The translations under genes were made by a program, and so were the position numbers. Of a stretch of 64,000 bases of DNA, positions 30,974 through 43,612 are shown piece after piece. The DNA comes from Longimicrobiales bacterium. Its GTDB lineage: Bacteria; Gemmatimonadota; Gemmatimonadetes; Longimicrobiales; Gaopeijiaceae. The notes below the pieces were generated by a model, which was given only the letters and a program-made list of their open reading frames with translations, ran no database searches and was not told the DNA's origin. The number at the start of each line of letters is the position of its first letter. The first letter of the stretch is position 1. The DNA lies in contig OZ250165.1 in assembly GCA_965238005.1 (NCBI GenBank), positions 3,296,001 through 3,360,000 of the forward strand. The letters are read 5' to 3'.

Positions 30974-31011
30974 ATGACCGACCTCTGCTCAACCGTTGCG
31001 GACTAGGGGCA

Positions 31012-31854
31012 TCACTGCGTGGCCTTGCCCCGCTTACGCCCGCGGATGATGTATTTGTTCGACTGCTTCTTCTTCTTTCGGGTCTTGGTCCCTTCGCGCT
31101 TGCCCCAGGGCGTCACCGGAGGACGGCCACCCGAGGCCCTTCCCTCTCCGCCGCCCAGCGGGTGGTCGACGGGATTCATCGCTACACCGCGGACCTTGGG
31201 CCGCCGACCACGCCAGCGATTGGCGCCGGCCTTTCCGATGGTCTGGAGGTTGTGCTCGATGTTCCCCACCTGGCCGATGGTGGCCATGCAGGTCTTGAGC
31301 ACCTGCCGGACCTCCGTGGAGGGCAGCCGCAGAGCGACGTACCTCCCTTCCTTGGCGACGATCTGCACGCCGGCTCCTGCCGAGCGGGCCATCTGGCCTC
31401 CCTTGCCCGGCTTGAGCTCGATGTTGTGAACCACGGTGCCCAGCGGGATCTTTCCCAGAGGTAGCGCGTTACCGACCCGGATATCCGCCTCGGGTCCCGA
31501 CATGATCGTGGTGCCCACCAGCAGGCCCCGCGGGTGCAGGATGTAGCGCTTGTCACCGTCCACGTAGTGGACCAACGCGATGTTCGAGCTCCGGTTCGGA
31601 TCGTACTCGATAGCAGCGACCTTCCCGGCGATCCCGATCTTGTTGCGTCGGAAGTCGATCCGGCGATAGCGGCGCTTGTGCCCACCGCCCCGCCGCCGCG
31701 AGGTGATCCTCCCGTGGTGGTTCCGCCCACCCGACTTCTTCAGCGGCTCCAGAAGCGACTTCTCCGGCGCCTTCTTCGTCAGAATGTCGGAATTGTCGAT
31801 AATGGAGCGAAAACGGGTCCCCGGGGTCACCGGCTTGAATTTCTTGATAGCCAT
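31012..31854 (-). CDS. rplB: 50S ribosomal protein uL2
   Basis: [25 protein letters not shown]. Confidence 0.98.
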   Translation of the reverse strand: MAIKKFKPVTPGTRFRSIIDNSDILTKKAPEKSLLEPLKKSGGRNHHGRITSRRRGGGHKRRYRRIDFRRNKIGIAGKVAAIEYDPNRSSNIALVHYVDGDKRYILHPRGLLVGTTIMSGPEADIRVGNALPLGKIPLGTVVHNIELKPGKGGQMARSAGAGVQIVAKEGRYVALRLPSTEVRQVLKTCMATIGQVGNIEHNLQTIGKAGANRWRGRRPKVRGVAMNPVDHPLGGGEGRASGGRPPVTPWGKREGTKTRKKKKQSNKYIIRGRKRGKATQ

Positions 31855-31859
31855 CGGCG

Positions 31860-32171
31860 TTATCCGACCTCGTAAAACTCGATGTGGTCGTCTTCGGCAA
31901 GCTGAACCACCGCCTTCTTGAAAGCGGGGCGCCGCCCGTATTTCGGATTCCGGGACATGCGGCCCAACAGGGCACGCTTGATCTTGCCGGGGTAGCGCAT
32001 CGTGCGAACGTGATCGACCTTCACGTCCCAGAGCTTCTCGACGGCCCGGGCGATGTCGATCTTGTTGGCGCTCCTGTTCACGATGAAGGTGTAGACGTTG
32101 TCCTCTTCGATGGCCCGCGCGGATTTCTCGGTGACGACCGGCGAGTAGATCACGTCGTAGACGTCACGCAT
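31860..32171 (-). CDS. rplW: 50S ribosomal protein uL23
   Basis: [17 protein letters not shown]. Confidence 0.95.
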   Translation of the reverse strand: MRDVYDVIYSPVVTEKSARAIEEDNVYTFIVNRSANKIDIARAVEKLWDVKVDHVRTMRYPGKIKRALLGRMSRNPKYGRRPAFKKAVVQLAEDDHIEFYEVG

Positions 32172-33228
32172 CGTCGCCCTCCTCCTGTGCGTCGGCTCCA
32201 CCCGAAAGCTCGAGCAAGCGCGCGTCGTAGTGGGCCTGGGCCGTCTTGCGGCTGTCTCGGGCCTCGAGGGCCTTCACGTCGTCGGCCGAGTCGAACTGGG
32301 CCAGGAAGTCGGACATGTCGCCGACCTTTGGCAGCTTCACGGACGCTACGTCGATACCGCCCTCGATGGGAGCCTCGACCTCCGCCTTCTGCGCGGCCGT
32401 GGGCTTCGCGGCGGGCTTCCCGGCCGTAGGTTTCTCGGCCGTAGGCTTCGCGGCCGTGTCGGCCTTCACCTTGGGGGCCGCCCTCTTGGTCGTCTTCTTG
32501 TGGCCCCTGCGAGCCTTCCTGCGCTCGGCCCGGGCCTCGGCGGCCTCCCGCTCGCGGCTCCGGACTTCCGGCTCACCACGGTCCCGGGCCGCTGCCGCGT
32601 CGCGGTGCGCCTCGGACGGCTCGGCCCCGTCCAGGGCAGCTTTCTCGATGACGACCACGTTGGCCCACAGAATGTCGTAGACCGACTCCTGGCCGAAGGG
32701 ACGGATCTCGACGTTCGGCAGGTTGCGGGCCGAAAGGTAGACGTTCTCGCTTGGCCCGTCCGTCAGGACGAGGACCTTCCCGTCCGCACCGATGGCCGAG
32801 AAGAGCGCGAGGAGCTGCTTGGTCTTGGGGGCATCGAACTCGAGGGCGTCCACGAGGACCACCCGCTCACCCTGTGCTCGCTGGTTGAACGCGGACCGGC
32901 GAGCGAGGGCCCGGACCTTCTTGGGAACCCGTTCCCTCCACGAGTGGGGAATCGGCGGGAAAGCGACACCGCCACCTGCCCACTGCGCGGCCCGAATCGT
33001 TCCCTGACGGGCGCGTCCGGTCCCCTTCTGTCTCCAGGGCTTGTGGGAGCCGCCGGCGACCTGACCACGGGACTTGGCCGCCGCCGTCCCCTGTCGCTGA
33101 TTCGACAGATAGGCCTTGATCACCTGGTGGAGGACGTCCTCGTTGACGACCCCGTCGAAGAGCCACTCGGGGAGATTCTGTTCCCCGCCTTGGGCTCCAT
33201 CACTCTGGTAGTAGCGTGCTTTAAGCAT
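32164..33228 (-). CDS. rplD: 50S ribosomal protein uL4 with ~150-aa C-terminal extension
   Basis: [14 protein letters not shown] core; 354 aa in total. Confidence 0.95.
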   Translation of the reverse strand: MLKARYYQSDGAQGGEQNLPEWLFDGVVNEDVLHQVIKAYLSNQRQGTAAAKSRGQVAGGSHKPWRQKGTGRARQGTIRAAQWAGGGVAFPPIPHSWRERVPKKVRALARRSAFNQRAQGERVVLVDALEFDAPKTKQLLALFSAIGADGKVLVLTDGPSENVYLSARNLPNVEIRPFGQESVYDILWANVVVIEKAALDGAEPSEAHRDAAAARDRGEPEVRSREREAAEARAERRKARRGHKKTTKRAAPKVKADTAAKPTAEKPTAGKPAAKPTAAQKAEVEAPIEGGIDVASVKLPKVGDMSDFLAQFDSADDVKALEARDSRKTAQAHYDARLLELSGGADAQEEGDDA

Positions 33229-33231
33229 GCG

Positions 33232-33849
33232 TCACTTCTGGATCAACAGATAGCTGTTCCTGGACCCGGGCACCCCACCCTTGATGAAGAGGAGGTGGCG
33301 CTCGGCGTCCACTCTCACGACCTGCAGGTTACCGATGGTGGTTCTCTTCCCGCCCATGCGGCCCGGCAGCTTCTTGCCCTTGATGACTCGAGACGGATCG
33401 GTCCCGGGTCCCAGGGAGCCCGGAGTCCTCGCCGCCGAGTGGCCGTGGGAAGCCGGGAGCCCTGCGAAGCCCCAACGCTTCACCACGCCCTGGAATCCAC
33501 GCCCCTTGGAGGTGCCCGTCACCTTGACCTTGTCACCCGCCTCGAAGACCTCGACGGTGACCGACTGCCCGAGCTCGAACTCGTCGCCTTCGGCCACCGG
33601 GAACTCACGCACGAGTCGGGGCGCCGCTTCGACGCCGGCCTTGGCGGCATGGCCCTTCTCGGCCATGCTGGCGCGCTTGTCCTTCTTGGACCCGAAGCCC
33701 AACTGAACAGCAGAGTACCCGTCCCTCTCCTCGCTCTTGATCTGGAGCACCGGGCAAGGGCCCGCCTCCACGACCGTCACGGAGAGCGCGGCTCCATCCT
33801 CGTCGAAGATCCGGGTCATCCCGATCTTCTTTCCAATCAATCCGGGCAT
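33232..33849 (-). CDS. rplC: 50S ribosomal protein uL3
   Basis: [18 protein letters not shown]. Confidence 0.97.
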   Translation of the reverse strand: MPGLIGKKIGMTRIFDEDGAALSVTVVEAGPCPVLQIKSEERDGYSAVQLGFGSKKDKRASMAEKGHAAKAGVEAAPRLVREFPVAEGDEFELGQSVTVEVFEAGDKVKVTGTSKGRGFQGVVKRWGFAGLPASHGHSAARTPGSLGPGTDPSRVIKGKKLPGRMGGKRTTIGNLQVVRVDAERHLLFIKGGVPGSRNSYLLIQK

Positions 33850-34157
33850 CAGTCGACCCTAATCTCGACGTCCACGCCAGCAGGAAGATCGAGCTTCGTC
33901 AGCGCGTCGACCGTCTGCGGACGGCTCTCGACGATGTCGATGAGCCGCTTGTGCGTCCGAAGCTCGAACTGCTCGCGGCTCTTCTTGTCGATGTGGGGCG
34001 AGCGCAGCACCGTCCAGCGCTCACGCCGCGTGGGCAGCGGGATCGGTCCGCGCACGGTCGCGCCGGTCTTCTGCGCCGTCCGCACGATGTCGGCCGCGGT
34101 CTGGTCCACGAGCCAGTGGTCGAAGGCCTTGAGCCTGATTCGAATCCTGTCTGCCAT
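33849..34157 (-). CDS. rpsJ: 30S ribosomal protein uS10
   Basis: [23 protein letters not shown]. Confidence 0.98.
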   Translation of the reverse strand: MADRIRIRLKAFDHWLVDQTAADIVRTAQKTGATVRGPIPLPTRRERWTVLRSPHIDKKSREQFELRTHKRLIDIVESRPQTVDALTKLDLPAGVDVEIRVD

Positions 34158-34478
34158 GTCTTCCTCTCACTGCGGGGCCGGTGGGCCCCGCGGGCTCTGC
34201 TGCTCTGTTCGCGACGGCGGAGTGGAGGGAGCAGTTGCCTCCTCCGCTACACCGTAGGCCGGGACGCTGCGGAGGCAACTGCTCACTCCGCTCCTGTAGT
34301 CCGTGGCCATTCGCCTGCGCTCGCGGGGCAAAACACCGGCCCCGCCCTTCGTTCCATCTAGCTTCCCATCTAGCTTCCCCAGCCTTCCATCCAGCTTTCC
34401 TAGCTTCCCGCCAACGCCCGCAGTGAGCGCCCGCCTGGGCGTGCGCACAGAAGGCCGGCAAGCTGCCGGAGCCCCGAC
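34153..34478. repeat. structured post-tuf element, copy A
   Basis: Colinear with 58905-59331; long hairpin at 34219-34294. Confidence 0.8.
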
Positions 34479-35669
<1,191 letters not shown>

Positions 35670-35711
35670 GGTTCTTCCTCGCGGGCTTCCTATGCCCGTT
35701 CCTGTGATCCG

Positions 35712-37814
<2,103 letters not shown>

Positions 37815-38086
37815 CTATCTCTATTCCGTCTGTCTCTATCTGTCTCTATTCCGTCCGTCTCTGTTCCGTCTGTTCAATCGTCCCGGTCGACTTCCCTGGG
37901 CGCCGCATTGTCGGCGAAAAAAAGCGCACGAGCCACTCGAAGCAGGAAGCGCGTCCTTCCTTCCAGCTGCCGTAGCCTGTCACCGGCAGCCTCCGCGCTT
38001 CGTGCCTCGTCGCTCAGTGCGCGAGACAACAGGTTGAGCTTTACCAGGCCTTTTTTAGCGGCAACTGGCGCTCGAGCGGATTTTGA

Positions 38087-38557
38087 CTACCAGCGATAGT
38101 GGGCGAACGCCTTGTTCGCCTCCGCCATCCGGTGCGTGTCGTCCTTTTTCTTGATAGTCGCGCCCTCTCCCCGGCTCGCAGCCAGGAACTCGTACGCGAG
38201 TCGCTCACCCATCGTCTTCTCCCCGCGACTGCGGGCGAAGCTGATGAGCCAGCGGCTCGCAAGTGCGGCCCGACGCTCGGGCCGGACCTCGATGGGAACC
38301 TGGTACGTGGCACCACCGACGCGCCGGCTCTTCACCTCCAGAGCGGGCTTCGCGTTGGTGAGCGCCTGCGTGAAGATGTTCAGGCCTGGCTGGCCGGAAC
38401 GCTCCTCGCAGATCTCCAGAGCTCCGTAGAATATCTTCTCTGCCAGGGACTTCTTCCCGCCGACCATGAGGTTGTTGATGAACTTCGTCACCTCGGCCGA
38501 ATCATACTTCGGATCTGGGATGAGCTCCCGGCGGACTGCCCTGCTGCGACGACTCAT
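38087..38557 (-). CDS. rpsG: 30S ribosomal protein uS7
   Basis: [24 protein letters not shown]. Confidence 0.98.
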   Translation of the reverse strand: MSRRSRAVRRELIPDPKYDSAEVTKFINNLMVGGKKSLAEKIFYGALEICEERSGQPGLNIFTQALTNAKPALEVKSRRVGGATYQVPIEVRPERRAALASRWLISFARSRGEKTMGERLAYEFLAASRGEGATIKKKDDTHRMAEANKAFAHYRW

Positions 38558-38567
38558 ACCCTATCCG

Positions 38568-38939
38568 CTACTTGGGTCTCTTGGCGCCGTACTTCGACCG
38601 ACCCTGGCGCCGATCACCGACACCGGAGGCATCCAGGGTCCCCCGGACGACGTGGTACCGCACTCCGGGCAAGTCCTTTACCCGTCCACCTCGAATGAGC
38701 ACGATCGAGTGCTCCTGGAGGTTGTGTCCTTCCCCACCGATATATGACGTCACCTCGTACCCGTTGGTCAGCCGCACCCTTGCCACCTTTCGAAGAGCCG
38801 AATTGGGCTTCTTGGGGGTGGTGGTATACACCCGGGTGCAGACCCCTCGCTTCTGAGGGTTCTTCTGCAACGCAGGGGACTTGTTCTTCTTCTGATGCTC
38901 GCGCCGTCCCTTGCGAACGAGTTGGTTGATCGTAGGCAT
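38568..38939 (-). CDS. rpsL: 30S ribosomal protein uS12
   Basis: [29 protein letters not shown]. Confidence 0.99.
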   Translation of the reverse strand: MPTINQLVRKGRREHQKKNKSPALQKNPQKRGVCTRVYTTTPKKPNSALRKVARVRLTNGYEVTSYIGGEGHNLQEHSIVLIRGGRVKDLPGVRYHVVRGTLDASGVGDRRQGRSKYGAKRPK

Positions 38940-39061
38940 GTCAGCCCAGGTTCATTTCGTCAAAAAAACGCGCTTGCTAACGCGCTTTCAAAGCGCGGGT
39001 CCTAGCGCGGTTTCGTGTAGGAGCCGCCGACGCTTCGGGGCGTCCGTTGCAAAGACTAGAA

Positions 39062-39090
39062 AAGTTAAAAGAGGCTCGGGGGGGTGTCAA
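39062..39090 (-). promoter_or_regulatory. sigma70-type promoter of the str operon
   Basis: TTGACA-17 nt-TAACTT, about 120 nt upstream of rpsL. Confidence 0.75.
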
Positions 39091-39310
39091 CGGGGTGTTC
39101 CGCCCCGAAAACCGGCTTCGGCCGGGGCATTTTTTGGGGGGGGGGGGGGGGGTGAGGTGCCCCGCCATCGCTCGAAGCGATCCCATGAGCCTCCGGCGCA
39201 GTGTCAGGCCCCGGAGATGTCCTTCCGCCGGTGAGGTCCGGCCCAGGAGGACTCCATTGTCTGAATGGTTATCAGGGGAGTGGGGATCGCGCATCAAGCA
39301 TTCGGCCTTC

Positions 39311-40483
39311 CTACTCCCTATTCTCTACTCCCTTTCTTCCGCCGCCTATAGCTACCGGAGTTCCCCACCCCCCCACTGGACGCAAGGATCGCTGTCGGAC
39401 CAGCGTCGGCACCTGTGTGATGAAGTGCGCCGTTCGCAAGACACACTCCCACAGTTGAAACGGCAATCTGGGCAGTTCATTGAACGGCCCTCCGACGCCT
39501 ACCGTAGCCTGTATCGGATTGGGCCAACGGAGACGAATTGCTTTTAGCAGATGGGCGGGGTGCCGGAAGGAGTACGCCATCGACGGAGTATCCATATAAT
39601 GCTCCTCGATCGACCACTGGCGGAGCACTGAGGGAAGGAGCCATCGGGGCAGGTGTCTGGCCCTCTCCGCCGTCGGAATGCCGTCCAGGCGGGCCCCGAG
39701 AAGCTGGTGGGCCAGACACACGGTGGATGCCACCCAATCCGCGCGCCGCCGGTCTCCCCGCAGTAGATACTCCCAATCAAAATCCTCGGGCAGAGATTCC
39801 AGCACGACGGCGATGTCGCACAGCCACAGAGGGCGGAAGGCCCCATGGCCCAACATGTGTATGCACATGTAGCGGAGATGATCTTCGGGTCCCAATATCC
39901 GCACGTCGACGTCGCCCAGCAGTACCTGCTGGGAACGCTCGTAGACATCATCCAGCGAAGGGCGGTGGAGCTGGGGCAGACCCTTGTGCAAATCGACTAC
40001 GCCCGTCTCGGCCGCCGGAGTGGCAAGTGCAGCCGCCGCGACCGAATGCTGTTCCGGCCGAACACACAGGTCGATGTCCCCATAAGGTCGCAGCCCACGT
40101 TCGGGGTAAAGTCGAGCGATTGCCCAGCCCTTGACCAGCAGAGGGTCCACACCGGCTGACTGAAGGAGCGTAATGGCCTGAACGACTTGGCGCTCGTGGC
40201 GGGCAGCCTGGAGAGTGTAAAGGCGGTACGCCTGCCGAAGTTCGTGAGCGGCGGCGGAGATGCGGAACTCGGACGACCGCACCCGCCACCACCCCAAACT
40301 CGCTGCTCCGGTCCCGAGAAGGAGCGGCGTGACCTCGGCCAGCGCGCTAGGAGAGAGAGACAAGGGTGGTGGGTTATTGCGCCACGAGCCAGCGAGCACC
40401 GATGCTACCAGCTTGCCGCGTGGCCTCAGCTTCTGGTCAGGGTGTAGACGCGGAATGCCGCGATCCCACTGCACGTATTCCAC
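39311..40483 (-). CDS. nucleotidyltransferase family protein (NTP_transf_5-like), copy 2
   Basis: LLVKGWAIARLYP..GLRPYGDIDLCV, VDLH, LWLCDIA. Confidence 0.85.
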   Translation of the reverse strand: MEYVQWDRGIPRLHPDQKLRPRGKLVASVLAGSWRNNPPPLSLSPSALAEVTPLLLGTGAASLGWWRVRSSEFRISAAAHELRQAYRLYTLQAARHERQVVQAITLLQSAGVDPLLVKGWAIARLYPERGLRPYGDIDLCVRPEQHSVAAAALATPAAETGVVDLHKGLPQLHRPSLDDVYERSQQVLLGDVDVRILGPEDHLRYMCIHMLGHGAFRPLWLCDIAVVLESLPEDFDWEYLLRGDRRRADWVASTVCLAHQLLGARLDGIPTAERARHLPRWLLPSVLRQWSIEEHYMDTPSMAYSFRHPAHLLKAIRLRWPNPIQATVGVGGPFNELPRLPFQLWECVLRTAHFITQVPTLVRQRSLRPVGGWGTPVAIGGGRKGVENRE

Positions 40484-40492
40484 CGCGTAGAT

Positions 40493-41029
40493 TCATAGAC
40501 AGTCGTCGTCAACACACTCAGTAGCATCTGCTACACAGCATACACCAGGATCACCGCATATTGGCGAGTTGCCGCAAAAAGGAGGAAAACGGGTTTCGCA
40601 TTGTCCCGCACTAATACACCCAGATGCTTGTGCCGCCGCCACCGGCGCGACGATCGATGCGATCACCGGTAGGAGGATCGAGATCCCTGCAACCGGTCGC
40701 AGGGTTCGTAGCACTTCCCGCCGCGAGTATTGGGCCCTATCTGCCGGCAGTGTCAGCGGCTCACTCGGCAAGCGTGCCCTGCCCAAGCGGTCCAGCGCCA
40801 TCCACACCACCGCTTCGTCGGCCGGAATTTCCAGTTCCTTTTTCAGCAGCGCGGCTACATCGGCCACGCTCGTTCGTCCATCGCAGTGCTGCCAGACCAG
40901 GGCGGCCGTGCGATTCAGGCAACGGGCCTTGTCACGCTTCAGGTCGTATACCAGGGTTTCGTCCTGTAGCTCTTCGACGGCCGGCTCGCCATGCCTCGCA
41001 CGGGGCATCAGCGCGCTTGTCGTTTCCAT
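40493..41029 (-). CDS. PqqD/RRE-domain protein fused to a Tat-like signal and an 8-Cys peptide, copy 2
   Basis: ETLVYD..CLNRTAALVWQHCDGRTSV (RRE), SRREVLR + hydrophobic stretch + AAAQ, 44-aa Cys-rich tail. Confidence 0.85.
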   Translation of the reverse strand: METTSALMPRARHGEPAVEELQDETLVYDLKRDKARCLNRTAALVWQHCDGRTSVADVAALLKKELEIPADEAVVWMALDRLGRARLPSEPLTLPADRAQYSRREVLRTLRPVAGISILLPVIASIVAPVAAAQASGCISAGQCETRFPPFCGNSPICGDPGVCCVADATECVDDDCL

Positions 41030-41118
41030 CGGTATCTCATTCCGAATCGATGGCGCGTGCTGACACTACCACGATTCCCGCGATGCGCACAAGCCACAAC
41101 TCGTCCCGAGCTACCCGT

Positions 41119-41925
41119 TCACGAGCCTCGGCCCGCCTGTTCCGTCAACCGGCCTAGGAGGACTTCGGCGACTTCGGCGGCCTCACCGCGCGCGCCCTTC
41201 ATCACCGTCGCCTCGGCCACGGTCGAGCTCAGCGTCGCGAAAACCCGCTCCGGATCACGTCTGGCGGGGACGGTGTGGTTCAAGAGCTCCAGCACCGCCC
41301 GCCCAGGCGAAAGCGGGCGCGGTCGCCAGCGTACACCGGGCCGGTAGCTGGTCTCAACCACCAAACCTACCGGGAGCGGCCTGACACCGGTTTTCCCGCC
41401 CAAAGCTTCCGGGCGGATCTTCTTCGGGCGCCCACCTCCGTTCTGCCGCATCGACAAAGCCTTGGGATACGGATGCACCCGACCATGCTTGTCAAGAACG
41501 GCGTATTCATCTGAGTAGTACGTCGCCCCCGCTTCGACCAAGGCCTTGATCAGAGTGGACTTGCCGGTCATCGTGCGCCCCGGGACGACGATGGCCCTGC
41601 CACGCCAGCCCACGACGCCGGCGTGGACAAAAACCCTGCGGCGGGCATGATCCGCGATGTGTATCTGCATGTGCCCTTCGAGGGCATCCAGTGCCTCGTC
41701 CGTGTCCTTCGTTCGTGCCAACCCTCGCGCGCCCACATACAGAACGTTGAAACGGCGACGGTTGGAGCCGACCTTGGTGCCGCTGGCTATCAGCGAATAC
41801 AAAAAATCCACGCGGGGGCCGCGAGCCGGCTTCACATCCGGCGGAAGCACTCCTTCAATCCGATCCAGGATCTCCGGGCTGCTCACCCGGATCCCAATAC
41901 GTACTCCGTGGGAGACGAACGCCAT
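41119..41925 (-). CDS. HPr-kinase-related P-loop kinase, copy 2
   Basis: VHAGVVGWRGRAIVVPGRTMTGKSTL...YYSDE. Confidence 0.82.
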   Translation of the reverse strand: MAFVSHGVRIGIRVSSPEILDRIEGVLPPDVKPARGPRVDFLYSLIASGTKVGSNRRRFNVLYVGARGLARTKDTDEALDALEGHMQIHIADHARRRVFVHAGVVGWRGRAIVVPGRTMTGKSTLIKALVEAGATYYSDEYAVLDKHGRVHPYPKALSMRQNGGGRPKKIRPEALGGKTGVRPLPVGLVVETSYRPGVRWRPRPLSPGRAVLELLNHTVPARRDPERVFATLSSTVAEATVMKGARGEAAEVAEVLLGRLTEQAGRGS

Positions 41926-42465
41926 CCCTGCCGCCCACCCAAGGCGGTCGATTTTCTTTTGTCAGGTAGATCGCCACACCAAGACCATATCGTCAGCGTC
42001 GCGCAAGTACGGTCGAGATCCATTGTGCTGTTTCATCGGCAATTCGTCGCTCAAGGGGTTGTCTGAGAAGGAGTCGTGCGGTCAGGGTGCATGCACAAAG
42101 ATAGGCCCACGAGCCAAAACCAGGGAGATTTAGTTACGCAACGTCACCTTCAAAGGCGACGCTCCGAGGCAAAGCCGCGTTTACGCGGCGAGGCCGTGGA
42201 GCGAGCGTCGATCCACCGCGCCCCCAATCACCTTCCCGCCAACGCCCTCCCGCCACAACGATTGAGTTGCAGACCGTCACAGCACGCATGATCCGAGGCG
42301 CGGCCGCGGACCTCCCCGCACCCAAGTATCCTCCCGCCAATGCCCAACAACCGGCATGCCAAAAAGCCGCGCGGGACGGAGGATTTCGGGGGGTCGAACG
42401 ATGAGCAGGCGAGCGCGGATTGCGCAACGAGCATTCGGCCTTCCTGCTCGTTGACGCCCTACTCC

Positions 42466-43608
42466 CTATTTTTTTCGGTTTCTGGCAGCCGGAGGTCCCC
42501 ACCCCCCCATAGGGCGGAGGGATCTCTCGCGGACCCGCGTCGGCACGTGCCTGATGAAGTACGCCGTCCGCAAGACGCATTCCAACAGTTGAAACGGCAA
42601 CCTGGGCAGTTCATTAAACGGCCCTCCCACGCGTACCGTGGCCTGTATCGGATTGGGCCAACGGAGGCGAAGCGCTTTGAACAACCGGGTGCGGTGCTTG
42701 AGGAACGACCCCATCAACGCATCATCCATGTAGTGCTCCTCCATCGACCACTGGGTGAGCACTGCCGGAACAAGCCACCGAGGCAAACGCCTGGTCCTCT
42801 CGCCCGTCGGAATGCCGTCCAAACGGGCCCCCAGGAGCTGGTGGGCCAGACACAGTGTGGACGCTACCCAATCTGCGGGCCGCGGATCTCCCCGAAACAA
42901 GTACTCCCAATCGAAATCCTCGGGCAGAGTTTCTAGTACAACGGCGACGTCGCACAGCCACAGAGCGCGGTGCAGGCCGTGCTGGAGCATGTGTACGCAC
43001 ATGTAACGCAGATGATCTTCAGGCCCCAAGATCCGCACGTCGACGTCACCGAGCGGTACAAGCTGGGATCGCCGGTAGACATCGTCCAACGAAGGGCGGT
43101 GGAGCTGCGGCAGGCCGGCATGCAGATCGACCGCGACCTTTCCGGTGGTCGGAGCAGCGAGTGCAGCCGCCGCTTGCGCATACTGTTCCGGCCGAACGCA
43201 TATGTCGATATCTCCAGAGGGCCGCAGCCCACGTTCGGAGTACAGACGAGCGACTGCCCAGCCCTTGACCAACAGCGGCTCCACCCCCGCTGACCGAAGT
43301 AACGTGATGGCCCGGACAATCAACCGCTCCTGGCGACCAGCCGCGAGAGTGTAATGGCGGTATGCCTGCCGAAGTTCATGTGCGACGGTCGAGGCGCGTA
43401 GCTCCGACGACCGCACCCGCCACCACGCGAGGCCCCCAGCGCCCCAGCCGAGCAGTAGGGGTGCGACCTCGGTGAGGGCGGCGGACGTCAGAGACGAAGG
43501 CCAAGGTGGTGAGGGCGTGCGCCAAGCGCCGACGAGGGCCGCGGCCACCAACTTACCGCGTCGCCTCGGATCGCTGGCGGCGCCCGGATCCGGAAACGAC
43601 GACGTCAC
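42466..43608 (-). CDS. nucleotidyltransferase family protein (NTP_transf_5-like), copy 1
   Basis: LLVKGWAVARLY..GLRPSGDIDICV; GTG start at 43608 follows GGAGA (ORF track extends to 43632). Confidence 0.85.
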   Translation of the reverse strand: MTSSFPDPGAASDPRRRGKLVAAALVGAWRTPSPPWPSSLTSAALTEVAPLLLGWGAGGLAWWRVRSSELRASTVAHELRQAYRHYTLAAGRQERLIVRAITLLRSAGVEPLLVKGWAVARLYSERGLRPSGDIDICVRPEQYAQAAAALAAPTTGKVAVDLHAGLPQLHRPSLDDVYRRSQLVPLGDVDVRILGPEDHLRYMCVHMLQHGLHRALWLCDVAVVLETLPEDFDWEYLFRGDPRPADWVASTLCLAHQLLGARLDGIPTGERTRRLPRWLVPAVLTQWSMEEHYMDDALMGSFLKHRTRLFKALRLRWPNPIQATVRVGGPFNELPRLPFQLLECVLRTAYFIRHVPTRVRERSLRPMGGWGPPAARNRKK

Positions 43609-43612
43609 CGCC

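Noticed and set aside
34358..34410. CRISPR-like array in the short repeats after the tuf genes
   Set aside because: Units are 9-11 nt, degenerate and without spacers; no cas genes
38568..38939. Streptomycin-resistance alleles in rpsL (and rifampicin-resistance alleles in rpoB)
   Set aside because: PKKPNS, RVKDLP and [23 protein letters not shown] are wild-type-like
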